Origin: Candidatus Micrarchaeota archaeon | GTDB taxonomy: Archaea > Micrarchaeota > Micrarchaeia > Micrarchaeales > Micrarchaeaceae | DNA length: 64,000 nucleotides | Assembly: GCA_021818545.1 (NCBI GenBank) | Contig: JAKATX010000001.1 | Span: 47,061-111,060 of the forward strand | Direction: 5' to 3' | Part shown: positions 47,582 through 57,584 of the stretch, one piece after another | How positions within the stretch are numbered: the first letter of the stretch is position 1 | Layout of the letters: the number at the start of each line of letters is the position of its first letter | Made by a program: the position numbers and the translations under genes | The notes under the pieces: model-generated | What the model was told of the DNA's origin: nothing | What the model saw: the letters and a program-made list of their open reading frames with translations, nothing else | The model's database searches: none

Positions 47582-50380
47582 ATGATTTTTATGATTTCGA
47601 AGAACGAGCCGGTGGACGAACCAGACGAAGGAAGGGAAGACAACCCGGTTACGGATGATGGTGAGATAGTCAAAGCATCGCAGGGCAAAGAGAGCGACCT
47701 GACATTTCAGCTATATACGCTAAAGGACGCGATTGCTAGGGTGACTTCCAAGGATAGCGCGTTCGATGCCGCCCTGATTGCGATTGCATTCATAGCTATA
47801 GCCACTGCCTTGCCGTTCTATCCTGCTGCAATATTATTGCTCATACTCATAGCGCTGATAGCGCTGGCCATTTTCTATCCGTTCCTGGGGCTCATATTCC
47901 TTATGATAGTCATATTCCCGGCAATAGCTTACCAGGTACCGGGGTTGGCACTGCTGTTTCTTTTCATCGTAAGCGCATCGCTAATCGCCGGCTATCTTTA
48001 TTACCGTTCGCTCGCCTTCGCTTACATACTCGTGGGGCTTGCTTTCTCGCCCTTAGGGCTGATATTTGAGATACCTGCCTTTATCATGTCAGTTCTTGTA
48101 CTGGACTGGAAACGGTCCATGGTTGTGATAGCCGTTACAATAATAAGCGTGGTCGCGCTTTCCGCAGCAACAGGGATGCAGAACACAGGATACATTGCTT
48201 ACAACGCCTACGCAGCGCACGCAAAACTAGCAGTACTGGCAGGGTCTGCAGGCGCACTTGGAGGAAAGGCAGGGCTGTCCCTTGGCAATTTCGGAAGCGG
48301 GCTCTCGACTGCACTTTCTGGTGTGACAAATTCAACCACTATCAGCGTCCTTCCGGGTATGATATTCACTATGATTAGTTCGCTGGGATTCGAGCCGCAA
48401 TATTACATGGCTATGCTCATAGTGCTGCTGGGCACAATCTGGGTGATAGCATGGATAGGGGGTTCCAACAGATCGGAGATGAAAGGTGTGATAGCGTCGC
48501 TGCCAGGAGTGGCGTACCCGATGATAGCGATTGCGCTGTCTTCGATAGGCGGGCTTGGCTATGGCGCGATATTTCCGCTTGTCAGCTTTGCGGTGGCACC
48601 CGTGCTCATGTACGTGATGCAGTTGAAAGGGATTGACATAATAAAAGTACAGGAGGTAAGGAAGAAGGACATACGGATGGAGTTTGGGGAGGCTTTTGAA
48701 TCATTGGGCCGCGGTGCGACCAAAGAGACGTTTAAGGACATAGGGGGCTATGAAGCCACGAAGAAGGAGCTTCATGACGCCATACTCGCCCCCATAGAAC
48801 AGCGCGGCGTCTCCAAGGCTTATAATGTAAAGCCAACCAAGGGCGTGTTGTTCTTCGGGCCGCCCGGCACTGGAAAAACGATGATGATGCGTGCGCTGTC
48901 GAATGAGATGCACGCGGGCTTTTACGTTGTCAAGGCATCTAACCTGATATCAGCTTATCCTGGGGAGACAGAGAGGATGATAGCGAAAGTGTTTGAAACC
49001 GCAGCCAAGCATGCGCCGTGCGTGCTCTTCTTCGATGAAATAGACGCGATTGCGCGCACGAGAAGCCAGAGCCCGGAATCCGATACACAGACAAACGCGC
49101 TTTCGCAGCTATTGCAGGAGATGGACGGATTCAGCAAGGTTGAAAATGTTATAATAGTGGGCGCAACAAATGCCCCAAACATTTTGGACCCTGCGATAAT
49201 CAGGCCAGGCAGGTTTGACAAAATCATATACATGCCGCTGCCGGACGCGAAAGCAAGGAAGGAGATATTCAATATCTACCTGACAAAATTGCCGATAGCC
49301 AAAAACATCAATTATGACCAGCTCGCGTATAAGACCGAGAGATTCTCCGGGGCGGATATTAAGGCGCTGTGCGAAAACGTGGCACAGCAGATGGCACAGG
49401 AGGCGGCAAGCGAGAGGAAGGTACTGAGCATAGGAATGAAGGAGCTGCTCAATGCGCTAAGCAACACCAAACCGTCAACTTCCATTGCACAGCTTGAGGA
49501 GTACACGAACTTCAAGATGGACTTCCAGCGCAGAAGCACAGGGGAAGCGGAAGAGCAGGTGGGCGAGAAGGTCGGGATTGATGAGGTCATAGGACTCCCC
49601 GATGCGAAGAAGGCGATCGCGGATGCGATAGAGATACCGCTCTTGAGGCCAGAACTGCTGAAAAAGTATGATATCAAGAACATAAATGGCATACTGCTGT
49701 TCGGGCCGCCGGGAACTGGCAAGACGCTCCTCATGAAAGCCATGATAAGCGAGCTCACAGGGGTAAACATAGTCGAAGTAAACGGGTCCGTCCTCATGCA
49801 GATGGGAAGCGATAACGCAGTGAACACCATAAAGGAGATTTTCAACAGGGCGAGGGAGAATGCCCCAGCAGTAATCCTCATAGATGAGATAGACGGCCTC
49901 TTCCCTAGGAGGGAGGGCGCAAGCGAAGCCGTAGTGCAAAGGGTAAGCCAGATACTCCAGGAAATAGACGGAGTTGGCAAGCTATCCAACGTACTCATAG
50001 TCGGCGCAACCAACAACCCGGAGGTGCTTGACCCTGCATTACTAAGGCCAGGCAGGTTTGACAAAATAATATTCGTGAAGCCGCCCGCTGTCGCACAAAG
50101 AAAGGAGCTTTTCCAGCATTACCTCATGCAAGCGCCTCTGTCCGAAGACATCGACTTTGAAAAGCTAGCCGGCCAGACCAGAGGTTTCACAGGGGCAGAC
50201 ATAGCCAATGTATGCAGGGAAGCCAAGACAAAGGCATTGGAGAAAACTGTTGAAACTTCGGTTGACGTAAATATAAGCATGAAGATGATAGAGGACGTGC
50301 TTAAGACCACCAAGCCATCGGCACCGGAGCAGGTTGTCAGCAACTATCTTAGTTTCCTGCAGAAATATGGGGAGCGTTAG
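47582..50380 (+). CDS. CDC48-like double AAA+ ATPase with polytopic N-terminal membrane domain
   Basis: Hydrophobic helices over residues ~60-345; two modules each with GPPGTGKT, hhhDE and RPGRFD. Confidence 0.9.
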   Translation: MIFMISKNEPVDEPDEGREDNPVTDDGEIVKASQGKESDLTFQLYTLKDAIARVTSKDSAFDAALIAIAFIAIATALPFYPAAILLLILIALIALAIFYPFLGLIFLMIVIFPAIAYQVPGLALLFLFIVSASLIAGYLYYRSLAFAYILVGLAFSPLGLIFEIPAFIMSVLVLDWKRSMVVIAVTIISVVALSAATGMQNTGYIAYNAYAAHAKLAVLAGSAGALGGKAGLSLGNFGSGLSTALSGVTNSTTISVLPGMIFTMISSLGFEPQYYMAMLIVLLGTIWVIAWIGGSNRSEMKGVIASLPGVAYPMIAIALSSIGGLGYGAIFPLVSFAVAPVLMYVMQLKGIDIIKVQEVRKKDIRMEFGEAFESLGRGATKETFKDIGGYEATKKELHDAILAPIEQRGVSKAYNVKPTKGVLFFGPPGTGKTMMMRALSNEMHAGFYVVKASNLISAYPGETERMIAKVFETAAKHAPCVLFFDEIDAIARTRSQSPESDTQTNALSQLLQEMDGFSKVENVIIVGATNAPNILDPAIIRPGRFDKIIYMPLPDAKARKEIFNIYLTKLPIAKNINYDQLAYKTERFSGADIKALCENVAQQMAQEAASERKVLSIGMKELLNALSNTKPSTSIAQLEEYTNFKMDFQRRSTGEAEEQVGEKVGIDEVIGLPDAKKAIADAIEIPLLRPELLKKYDIKNINGILLFGPPGTGKTLLMKAMISELTGVNIVEVNGSVLMQMGSDNAVNTIKEIFNRARENAPAVILIDEIDGLFPRREGASEAVVQRVSQILQEIDGVGKLSNVLIVGATNNPEVLDPALLRPGRFDKIIFVKPPAVAQRKELFQHYLMQAPLSEDIDFEKLAGQTRGFTGADIANVCREAKTKALEKTVETSVDVNISMKMIEDVLKTTKPSAPEQVVSNYLSFLQKYGER

Positions 50381-51189
50381 CACTCTTTCATGCCGCCGGG
50401 ATGCATCCGAAATACGCGGGATGTGTCGCCCGCATTGACCCTAAGCGCGCCATCTGCATCCCTAACCGAGCAGAATTCCAGTTTTATGACGCTTTGCGTC
50501 CCTATTTTCTCCATGGCCAGCGCGCATGAACCAAAAAGCGATACGGTTATTTTTTTATTCTTCTCATCTGATAGTATGCATGTGCATGCAAGGACGCTGC
50601 CCGCCTCCCTCGCGATGCTTTTTGCTTTGGATATCTCTACCACCCTGCCGACCAGGTCCACCTTGCTATCGCCGCCTTTAAGAAGTGAAAAATCGCTTAT
50701 CACGCCATGCGGAGGCGATATCACGCTTATGTATGTCGACCTTGAACTGTCCAGCTCTTCAGAAGCGATGTCTATTGCTGCGTTAGTCACAAGGACCACG
50801 GAGCCGCGCTCTATCAGCTTGGAGTCAACATCGATTGCAGCTTTGCCCAGGAGGTTGAGCTTCATCGCATTGCCCGCCGTACCCAACACTGCAACCCTCT
50901 TAGGGCTGTGCTTCCCCTTGACTGCATACGCCTCTTGATTGAATACCCTGTATACGATATCCTGAACGTCTACCACGTATCTCGGCGCCTTGAATGATCC
51001 CCCAGCACCAAGTTTTGATTTTTTTACCGATTCGATGAAGCTTAGCACTTCCTTTACCGCTGCTACGCTTTTGTACGCCCCATTGCCGTCAATCGCTGCA
51101 TGCTCGCTACGGTTTCTCGCAATCCTTGATGCATGCTCTCTCGATATCATTCCTGAGAATTGGTTTACAACGTCATCAGTATCTGCCAT
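50377..51189 (-). CDS. OB-fold protein, RPA/SSB-like
   Basis: VDLVGRVVEI...ILSD....ITVSLFG pattern of RPA-type OB folds; appears to have two OB domains. Confidence 0.65.
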   Translation of the reverse strand: MADTDDVVNQFSGMISREHASRIARNRSEHAAIDGNGAYKSVAAVKEVLSFIESVKKSKLGAGGSFKAPRYVVDVQDIVYRVFNQEAYAVKGKHSPKRVAVLGTAGNAMKLNLLGKAAIDVDSKLIERGSVVLVTNAAIDIASEELDSSRSTYISVISPPHGVISDFSLLKGGDSKVDLVGRVVEISKAKSIAREAGSVLACTCILSDEKNKKITVSLFGSCALAMEKIGTQSVIKLEFCSVRDADGALRVNAGDTSRVFRMHPGGMKEC

Positions 51190-51336
51190 CTGCTCAGGAG
51201 TATACGGGCAACAACGAATAAATAGCATGTACACATTTCGTATTTTGGCGTTAATAAATTTGGTAAAGGGGATTTAGGATAGGGCTAAATAAGTATAGAA
51301 TTAAGTAAGTCTACTAGTTATTCAGGGGGTGCATGT

Positions 51337-51603
51337 ATGGACGATGAAAAGAAGGTTGCTGCCCTAATAGATCAGATAACGCGACAGATGGATTCTCTCA
51401 TAGGTGACACCACGGTACCAAAAAATGTAAGGGGCGCCGTAGGAGAAGCCAGGAAGAAGCTGAACGAAGGAGGGGAGTATACGATCAGGGTGGCTGGTGC
51501 TATTTATAGCATAGATGTTGTGAGCAACGACATAAACTTGCCGCCGCAAGCGCGAACGATGCTGTGGAACATATTGAGCATGCTTGAGTCTATAAAGGAT
51601 TAG
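51337..51603 (+). CDS. UPF0147 family protein
   Basis: DTTVPKNVR...SNDINLP..ART..WNI.S.LES. Confidence 0.9.
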   Translation: MDDEKKVAALIDQITRQMDSLIGDTTVPKNVRGAVGEARKKLNEGGEYTIRVAGAIYSIDVVSNDINLPPQARTMLWNILSMLESIKD

Positions 51604-53115
51604 ATGTCCGATGAAACATACTTCAAGGAGCTCACTACAAAACTGTCCCAAGCGCGAATATTCCTTTCTGGAGATGCAAAGGGAGCCATGGCTGATGGGA
51701 TAGACGTAGACCTATTAGTGTCCAAGATAATAGAGAGCCACAAGACTGCGCAGGGTGCTGTCTTCATTGATTCCGATGAAATAAAGGAGGTAGTGAAAGC
51801 CATAATGAGTGAAAAGAACCCTGAGCAGATAGAGGTCGTGCGGAAACCCGGGTTTTCCCCTTTGGCCGCGGAGTTCGATGCCGAGTATGCAATAAACGTT
51901 ATAAATCCAGAACAGACCAGCGGTAACCTGAACGATTTTGTCGATTATTTTAAGGACAGACTTGAAAAAATGCGCGCGATACTGGAAACCAACAGGAACA
52001 AGGTCTACGGTTTTGTAAAGACCCTGGAGTCCACTAAAAGCTTCACCAATGGAAGGGAAGTAGTACTAGTTGGCATTGTGACAAGCAGGATAGTCACAAA
52101 AAACGGCAACATAATGGTGATAATGGAGGACGAGACTGGCGAGGTCAAAGTAATATTCATGAATGGCTCGAATCCCAGATCGAAGGAGCTTTTTGAGAAA
52201 GCGGGGCATATAGCGAATGATGAGGTAATAGCGGTAAAGGGCAAGGTATCGAATGTATTCATAATGGCCAGCGAGATAGTATGGCCGGACATACCGATAA
52301 AGGAGAAGAAGTTTTCTGAAAAAGATACCGCGATTGCGTTCATGTCGGACGTGCACGTTGGCAGCAAACTTTTCTTGGATAAGAGCTTCTCTTATATGCT
52401 GCGGTGGCTTAACGGCAGCGTAGACAAATACGCGGATCTCGCAGGAAAAATAAAGTACATGATAATAGCGGGTGATGCTGCAGATGGCATAGGGGTTTAT
52501 CCCAACCAGGATAGGGATCTTGCCATACAAGACGTCTATGCACAATACAAACTACTTTTCAATCTCCTGGATGCAGTCCCTGATTACGTGCATGTTTTTG
52601 TTTTGCCAGGCAATCATGACGCAGTCCAGAGGGCGGAGCCGCAGCCGCCGCTTGGCGCTGACATAATAGGGGACTTCAAGAAGGACAACATACACATAGT
52701 TTCAAATCCTGCGTACATGAAGCTAGGTGGATTCGATGTGCTTTCATATCACGGTACATCCTTGGATTCGGTAATAAGCGCCATACCGAACAACAGCTAT
52801 GCGCAGCCGGAAAAGGCCATGGTAGAGCTTTTGAAGCGCAGGCACTTGTCACCTATATATGGAGGCAATGTAGTAGTGCCCAGCAAAAAGGACAACATGG
52901 TGATAGAGAAGGTGCCCGACATACTGCACATGGGCCACATACATAAGAATGGGCTTACCGAGTACCATGGCGTGGACGTCGTAAACAGCGGCACATGGCA
53001 AGGCAGGACCGACTTCCAGATAAGGCAGGGGCACATCCCATCGCCCTGCATTATGCCGATATTCGAGATGAAGGCACATAGATTCAATTCGATAAACTTC
53101 GGTGAAGGGTTATAG
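51604..53115 (+). CDS. DNA polymerase D small (exonuclease) subunit DP1
   Basis: OB fold followed by SDVHVGS, GD..DG.GVYP.Q, PGNHD, HG.S and GHIH motifs. Confidence 0.96.
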   Translation: MSDETYFKELTTKLSQARIFLSGDAKGAMADGIDVDLLVSKIIESHKTAQGAVFIDSDEIKEVVKAIMSEKNPEQIEVVRKPGFSPLAAEFDAEYAINVINPEQTSGNLNDFVDYFKDRLEKMRAILETNRNKVYGFVKTLESTKSFTNGREVVLVGIVTSRIVTKNGNIMVIMEDETGEVKVIFMNGSNPRSKELFEKAGHIANDEVIAVKGKVSNVFIMASEIVWPDIPIKEKKFSEKDTAIAFMSDVHVGSKLFLDKSFSYMLRWLNGSVDKYADLAGKIKYMIIAGDAADGIGVYPNQDRDLAIQDVYAQYKLLFNLLDAVPDYVHVFVLPGNHDAVQRAEPQPPLGADIIGDFKKDNIHIVSNPAYMKLGGFDVLSYHGTSLDSVISAIPNNSYAQPEKAMVELLKRRHLSPIYGGNVVVPSKKDNMVIEKVPDILHMGHIHKNGLTEYHGVDVVNSGTWQGRTDFQIRQGHIPSPCIMPIFEMKAHRFNSINFGEGL

Positions 53116-53125
53116 GTTGTGTTTT

Positions 53126-56100
53126 ATGGATAATAAGGAATACTTTGCGCTGCTGTCGGAAAAATTTGACGATGCTTACAAGGTAGCCGAGGAAGCCAGG
53201 AGCAAGGGTTATGACCCGGAATTGCATGTCGAGGTGAAACCTGCGCCAGATTTGGCGACAAGGGTAGAAGGTATAATAGGCATAAGCGGACTTGCAGACT
53301 TGATACGGACAAAAAATGCCAAGTCCAGGCAGGAGCTCTCATTCGCAATGGTTAAAGAGGTATGCACCAACGCGCGCTTTGATATGAATATAAAGGCAAG
53401 GCTGACATTGGCCGTAAGGGTAGGGCTGTCCGTCCTTACCGAGGGCATACTGGTTGCGCCCACAGAAGGAATGCAGGGCATAGAGCTCCACAAGAATCAG
53501 GATGGTTCTGATTATATATCGGTTATGTATGCTGGACCCATAAGGGGTGCGGGCGGCACGAGTGCAGCGCTTTCTGTGGCCCTGGCTGACCATGCAAGGA
53601 AGATACTTGGCATAGGGGTTTACAAGGCGCAGCAGACGGAGATAGAACGCTATCTTGAAGAGATAATGCTTTACCATTCTAGGGTAGCCAGGCTGCAATA
53701 CCTTCCAAGCGAGGATGATATACGCGTAATACTGCAAAACTGCCCGGTATGCGTGGACGGGGTTCCGACAGAAGACATGGAAATAGGCATACACAGGAAT
53801 GTGAAGCGCTTGGACGCTAATGGGAAGCCCCAAATGATAACTAATAAGATACGCGGAGGTGTCGGCCTGGTGCTTTGCGAGGGAATAGCCCAAAAGGCGA
53901 AGAGCGTACTGAAGTACACGAAGGCAGTGGACTTGAACTGGACATGGTTGAATAACCTGATAAAAGTGGACAAGATGCCTTCTACCATCGATAGGGTGGA
54001 ATCAAAGAAGGAAGCAGTATTCTTACAGGAGCTCGTAGCCGGAAGACCGGTGCTTGCATATCCTGATTATCCTGGCAGCTTCAGGCTCAGGTATGGAAGG
54101 TCAAGGCTGACAGGGATAGCCGCAAAGGGATTCAGCCCGGCCACCATGCTGTTGCTAGAAGGGTTCATAGCTTCCGGCACACAGCTAAAAGTAGAGAAGC
54201 CCGGGAAGGGCTGCATCGGCATGCCCGTTGATTCTATAGAAGGCCCGTTCGTCAAGCTCGTTTCTGGCGAGGCATTCAGGGTAAACACGGCAGCCAAGGC
54301 AATCGAGATAAAGGATGACATAGCTAAGATATTGGCAGTGGGCGACATACTGGTCACGTATGGTGACTTCAAGAAAACCAACACGCCGCTGCAACCCACA
54401 AGTTACGTAGAGGAATACTGGTTCGAAGAACTGCTTGCAGCAGGTTATAAAGGGGATATGCCAGAGGTCAATACTTTCGGGCAGGCGTTGGAGCTGTCTA
54501 AATCTTATGGCATACCAATGCACCCGCTTTTCACTTACGAATATCAGGACGTAAGCATTGGGGAATTGGGCGCCATAGCGAAAGAAGCTGCAAAAAGCGC
54601 TTCGAAGGTTAAGAATGTAGCTTCGCTAGAATCGCTGGAGCTCGGACCAATGGAAGGTGGTATTGAAAAGATAAGGGCGCCTATAGAGCGCCTTTGCATA
54701 CCTCATTTTGACAACGGACAAAGCATATTGGTAAAGGGTGATTGCGCCAGGAGCCTCGTGATGACATTGGGACTGTTGGACGCAAATGGGGATTTTATAG
54801 GAAGTGACAAGGCATTGGAAGGTTACAACTCTGCATTGGATACCATCGAAGCCATAAACAAAGTTTCTCCGTTCAGCATCAGGAGAAGGTCAACAAGGGT
54901 GGGTGGCAGGATAGGCAGGCCGGAAAAGGCCAGGGAAAGGCTGATGAAACCCGCGCCGCACATACTATTCCCTGTAGGCGAGTTCGGTGGCAAGGAGCGC
55001 AGCATTTACAAGGCATACGTTGAGGACAGAAAGCGCTTCGGAGTGCCCAAGATAGAGGCGGACATGCCGCGATACGTGTGCCAAGTAGGCGGCGAAGCGA
55101 CCGAGTTGGTCTTCTGCCCCACGCACAACTGCAGGGCAAGGATCGAGAGGATTTGCAAGACATGCAACAGGAAGGGTTGGGCGGAGATATGCGAAAGTTG
55201 CGGCGGCAAGACATCCGGCCACGAACCAAAGAAGGTAGACTTGGTGGCAAGCATTGAAAGGGCGCTAAGTAATTTGGGGGTGCAAAGCCTGCCGAAGACA
55301 TTCAAGGGGGTGAAAGGGCTTTCCAGCCTAGACAAGCTCCCTGAGGCGCTTGAGAAAGGCATACTCAGAGGGATGTTTGGCGTCTATATATTCAAAGACG
55401 GCACAGCAAGATTCGATGCCACTGACGCGCCGATAACGCATTTTTACCCTATAGAGATCGGAACGAGCGTGGAGAAGTTGCGGGAACTTGGGTATACCAC
55501 GGATTGCTATGGCAAGCCGCTTGAACGAGACGACCAACTCGTCGAACTCAAGCACCAGGACACCATAATCAATAGGGGCGGCGCGGCCTACATGCTCAAT
55601 GTCGCAAAGTTCATCGACGCGCTCTTGATCCGCTATTACAAAATGAAGCCATTTTACGGCGTTGATTCCATAGATGGCCTTGTAGGGCATTTTGTGGTTT
55701 CGCTATCCCCGCACACTTCTGCAGGGGTCTTGGGCAGGATAATAGGCTTCACCGATGCGAACATCGGGTTGGCACATCCTTACGTTATATGTGCCAGGAG
55801 AAGAAACTGCGACGGTGATGAGGATACGGTTATGCTGCTTCTGGATATGCTGATAAACTTCTCTAGGAGGTATCTCCCGACAACAGTTGGCGGCACTATG
55901 GATGCACCATTGATACTTACTGTACATGTTGCGCCCGAGGAAGTCGACGATGAAGTGCACAGCATGGAAGTTGTACGAAAATATGGCCTTGAATTTTACA
56001 AGAAGACGATGAGTTACGCCTCGCCGGGAGAAGTTTCCATAGAGCTAGTTTCCGATAGGCTCAACAAGGAGAACATCTTTTATGACGTAGGGTTCACCCA

Positions 56101-56578
56101 TGCAAGCAGCCCGACTGTTCTGGGTGATGCACCCAAAAAAAGCACGTACACTAAACTGAAGACAATGCACGAGAAAGTAGACATGCAGTTCAAGCTGGCA
56201 GACAAGCTTGCATGCGTGAACAAAACTGACACTGCCAGAAGGCTTATATTGAGCCACTTCATACCGGATTTGATGGGCAACCTTCATTCCTACTCAAAAC
56301 AGACATTCAGATGCGTATCATGCAATGCGAAGTACAGGAGGGTGCCTCTCATAGGAAAGTGCACGAAGTGCAAAGGGAAGTTATTATTGACGATAAACAA
56401 GGGCGGCATAGAGAAGTACCTCGGAATGGCAATAAACTTGGGAGACAGGTATGATGTCGAGCCGTATATAAAGCAGAGGCTTGCTTTGCTGAAAGACGAG
56501 ATAGAACAAATTTTTGGCGGGCTTGGCAGCGTTGGCGAGTTTGGCACAAAGCAGTTCAACCTATCAAAGTTCATGTGA
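53126..56578 (+). CDS. DNA polymerase D large subunit DP2
   Basis: GPIRGAGGT, FRLRYGRSR, RIGRPEKA and RRNCDGDED motifs; C-terminal zinc finger; no intein seen. Confidence 0.97.
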   Translation: MDNKEYFALLSEKFDDAYKVAEEARSKGYDPELHVEVKPAPDLATRVEGIIGISGLADLIRTKNAKSRQELSFAMVKEVCTNARFDMNIKARLTLAVRVGLSVLTEGILVAPTEGMQGIELHKNQDGSDYISVMYAGPIRGAGGTSAALSVALADHARKILGIGVYKAQQTEIERYLEEIMLYHSRVARLQYLPSEDDIRVILQNCPVCVDGVPTEDMEIGIHRNVKRLDANGKPQMITNKIRGGVGLVLCEGIAQKAKSVLKYTKAVDLNWTWLNNLIKVDKMPSTIDRVESKKEAVFLQELVAGRPVLAYPDYPGSFRLRYGRSRLTGIAAKGFSPATMLLLEGFIASGTQLKVEKPGKGCIGMPVDSIEGPFVKLVSGEAFRVNTAAKAIEIKDDIAKILAVGDILVTYGDFKKTNTPLQPTSYVEEYWFEELLAAGYKGDMPEVNTFGQALELSKSYGIPMHPLFTYEYQDVSIGELGAIAKEAAKSASKVKNVASLESLELGPMEGGIEKIRAPIERLCIPHFDNGQSILVKGDCARSLVMTLGLLDANGDFIGSDKALEGYNSALDTIEAINKVSPFSIRRRSTRVGGRIGRPEKARERLMKPAPHILFPVGEFGGKERSIYKAYVEDRKRFGVPKIEADMPRYVCQVGGEATELVFCPTHNCRARIERICKTCNRKGWAEICESCGGKTSGHEPKKVDLVASIERALSNLGVQSLPKTFKGVKGLSSLDKLPEALEKGILRGMFGVYIFKDGTARFDATDAPITHFYPIEIGTSVEKLRELGYTTDCYGKPLERDDQLVELKHQDTIINRGGAAYMLNVAKFIDALLIRYYKMKPFYGVDSIDGLVGHFVVSLSPHTSAGVLGRIIGFTDANIGLAHPYVICARRRNCDGDEDTVMLLLDMLINFSRRYLPTTVGGTMDAPLILTVHVAPEEVDDEVHSMEVVRKYGLEFYKKTMSYASPGEVSIELVSDRLNKENIFYDVGFTHASSPTVLGDAPKKSTYTKLKTMHEKVDMQFKLADKLACVNKTDTARRLILSHFIPDLMGNLHSYSKQTFRCVSCNAKYRRVPLIGKCTKCKGKLLLTINKGGIEKYLGMAINLGDRYDVEPYIKQRLALLKDEIEQIFGGLGSVGEFGTKQFNLSKFM

Positions 56579-56675
56579 ACTACGGCCATATGCTTCAGAT
56601 GCAGCATTTACACGGCTTTCTGCACTTCTAATAAGGATTAAATATGTTGAATTTGATAGCTTATGGGTATTGCAT

Positions 56676-57548
56676 ATGACGCTAATAGCATTGATACCGT
56701 ATAAAGATGGCATACTATCCGTATCAGACAGTATGTGCAATTACTATCCTGCAAAATACAGCAACGTAGATGAATTCGAAAGCGAGGTTTACACTAAACA
56801 GGTAAGAAAGAGCTTCGTCTCTAAAGATGGCAATGTTGTTGTATCAATGGCAGGCACCTCAATAGATGTTGCAGGCATGGCCGCAAGGATGGTCATTGAC
56901 AATGCAGCAAATCTTGAAGAGGGTGACATAAAGACACTTAGGGACGACCTTGTTTCTATGGTGCAGCATATAAACGACAGCTATGGCTATGCATGGGCAT
57001 ATTATAAGGCAGGCATGTTATGCGCCGTAAATAGGACGAATGGAAAAATCGAACCGCTCATGATAATGCTTGATTCCGACAATGTAGAGATATATTCGGC
57101 AAAAGGCAAAAACTTCGATGATGTTGGATGTGCAATCGGTGTGCCTAGCAATGAAAAAGACGCGCTCAAGGAATTGATAAAGGCGCATGCACCAAAACGC
57201 TCTGACAGGACCCTGGAAGATGCGATGGCGATCGGCATTATGCTGGAGAACATTTATATAAACAAGAAACTTCCAGAAAGGACGATGGCAGGTAAGGCTT
57301 ACATATTCCAAGTTGGTGCACCTATAAGAATGGAAGCCGTGAGCAAAAACGGCCAGACCAATCTGGTAGTTAGCGAGAATGATTCCAAAGTGCTTTACAA
57401 CAGGAATTTCGATTCGATTAGGGCGTTCGTTGCCGAGAAGCTGAAAAAAGAGGAAAAAACTGAGGATACGGCCCAGATAAAGACGTTCGTTAGGAACACC
57501 GGCGAGAAGCATGAGCACGAAAAGAAGCTGAGCAAGAACAGCAGGTAA
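56676..57548 (+). CDS. Hypothetical protein with proteasome-beta-like Ntn-hydrolase N-terminus
   Basis: M-TLIALIPYKDGILSVSDS ... RKSF ... VVVSMAG. Confidence 0.6.
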   Translation: MTLIALIPYKDGILSVSDSMCNYYPAKYSNVDEFESEVYTKQVRKSFVSKDGNVVVSMAGTSIDVAGMAARMVIDNAANLEEGDIKTLRDDLVSMVQHINDSYGYAWAYYKAGMLCAVNRTNGKIEPLMIMLDSDNVEIYSAKGKNFDDVGCAIGVPSNEKDALKELIKAHAPKRSDRTLEDAMAIGIMLENIYINKKLPERTMAGKAYIFQVGAPIRMEAVSKNGQTNLVVSENDSKVLYNRNFDSIRAFVAEKLKKEEKTEDTAQIKTFVRNTGEKHEHEKKLSKNSR

Positions 57549-57584
57549 TGCTCGGCAGCCCTTCTAATAAATTATGCTTGCCTT

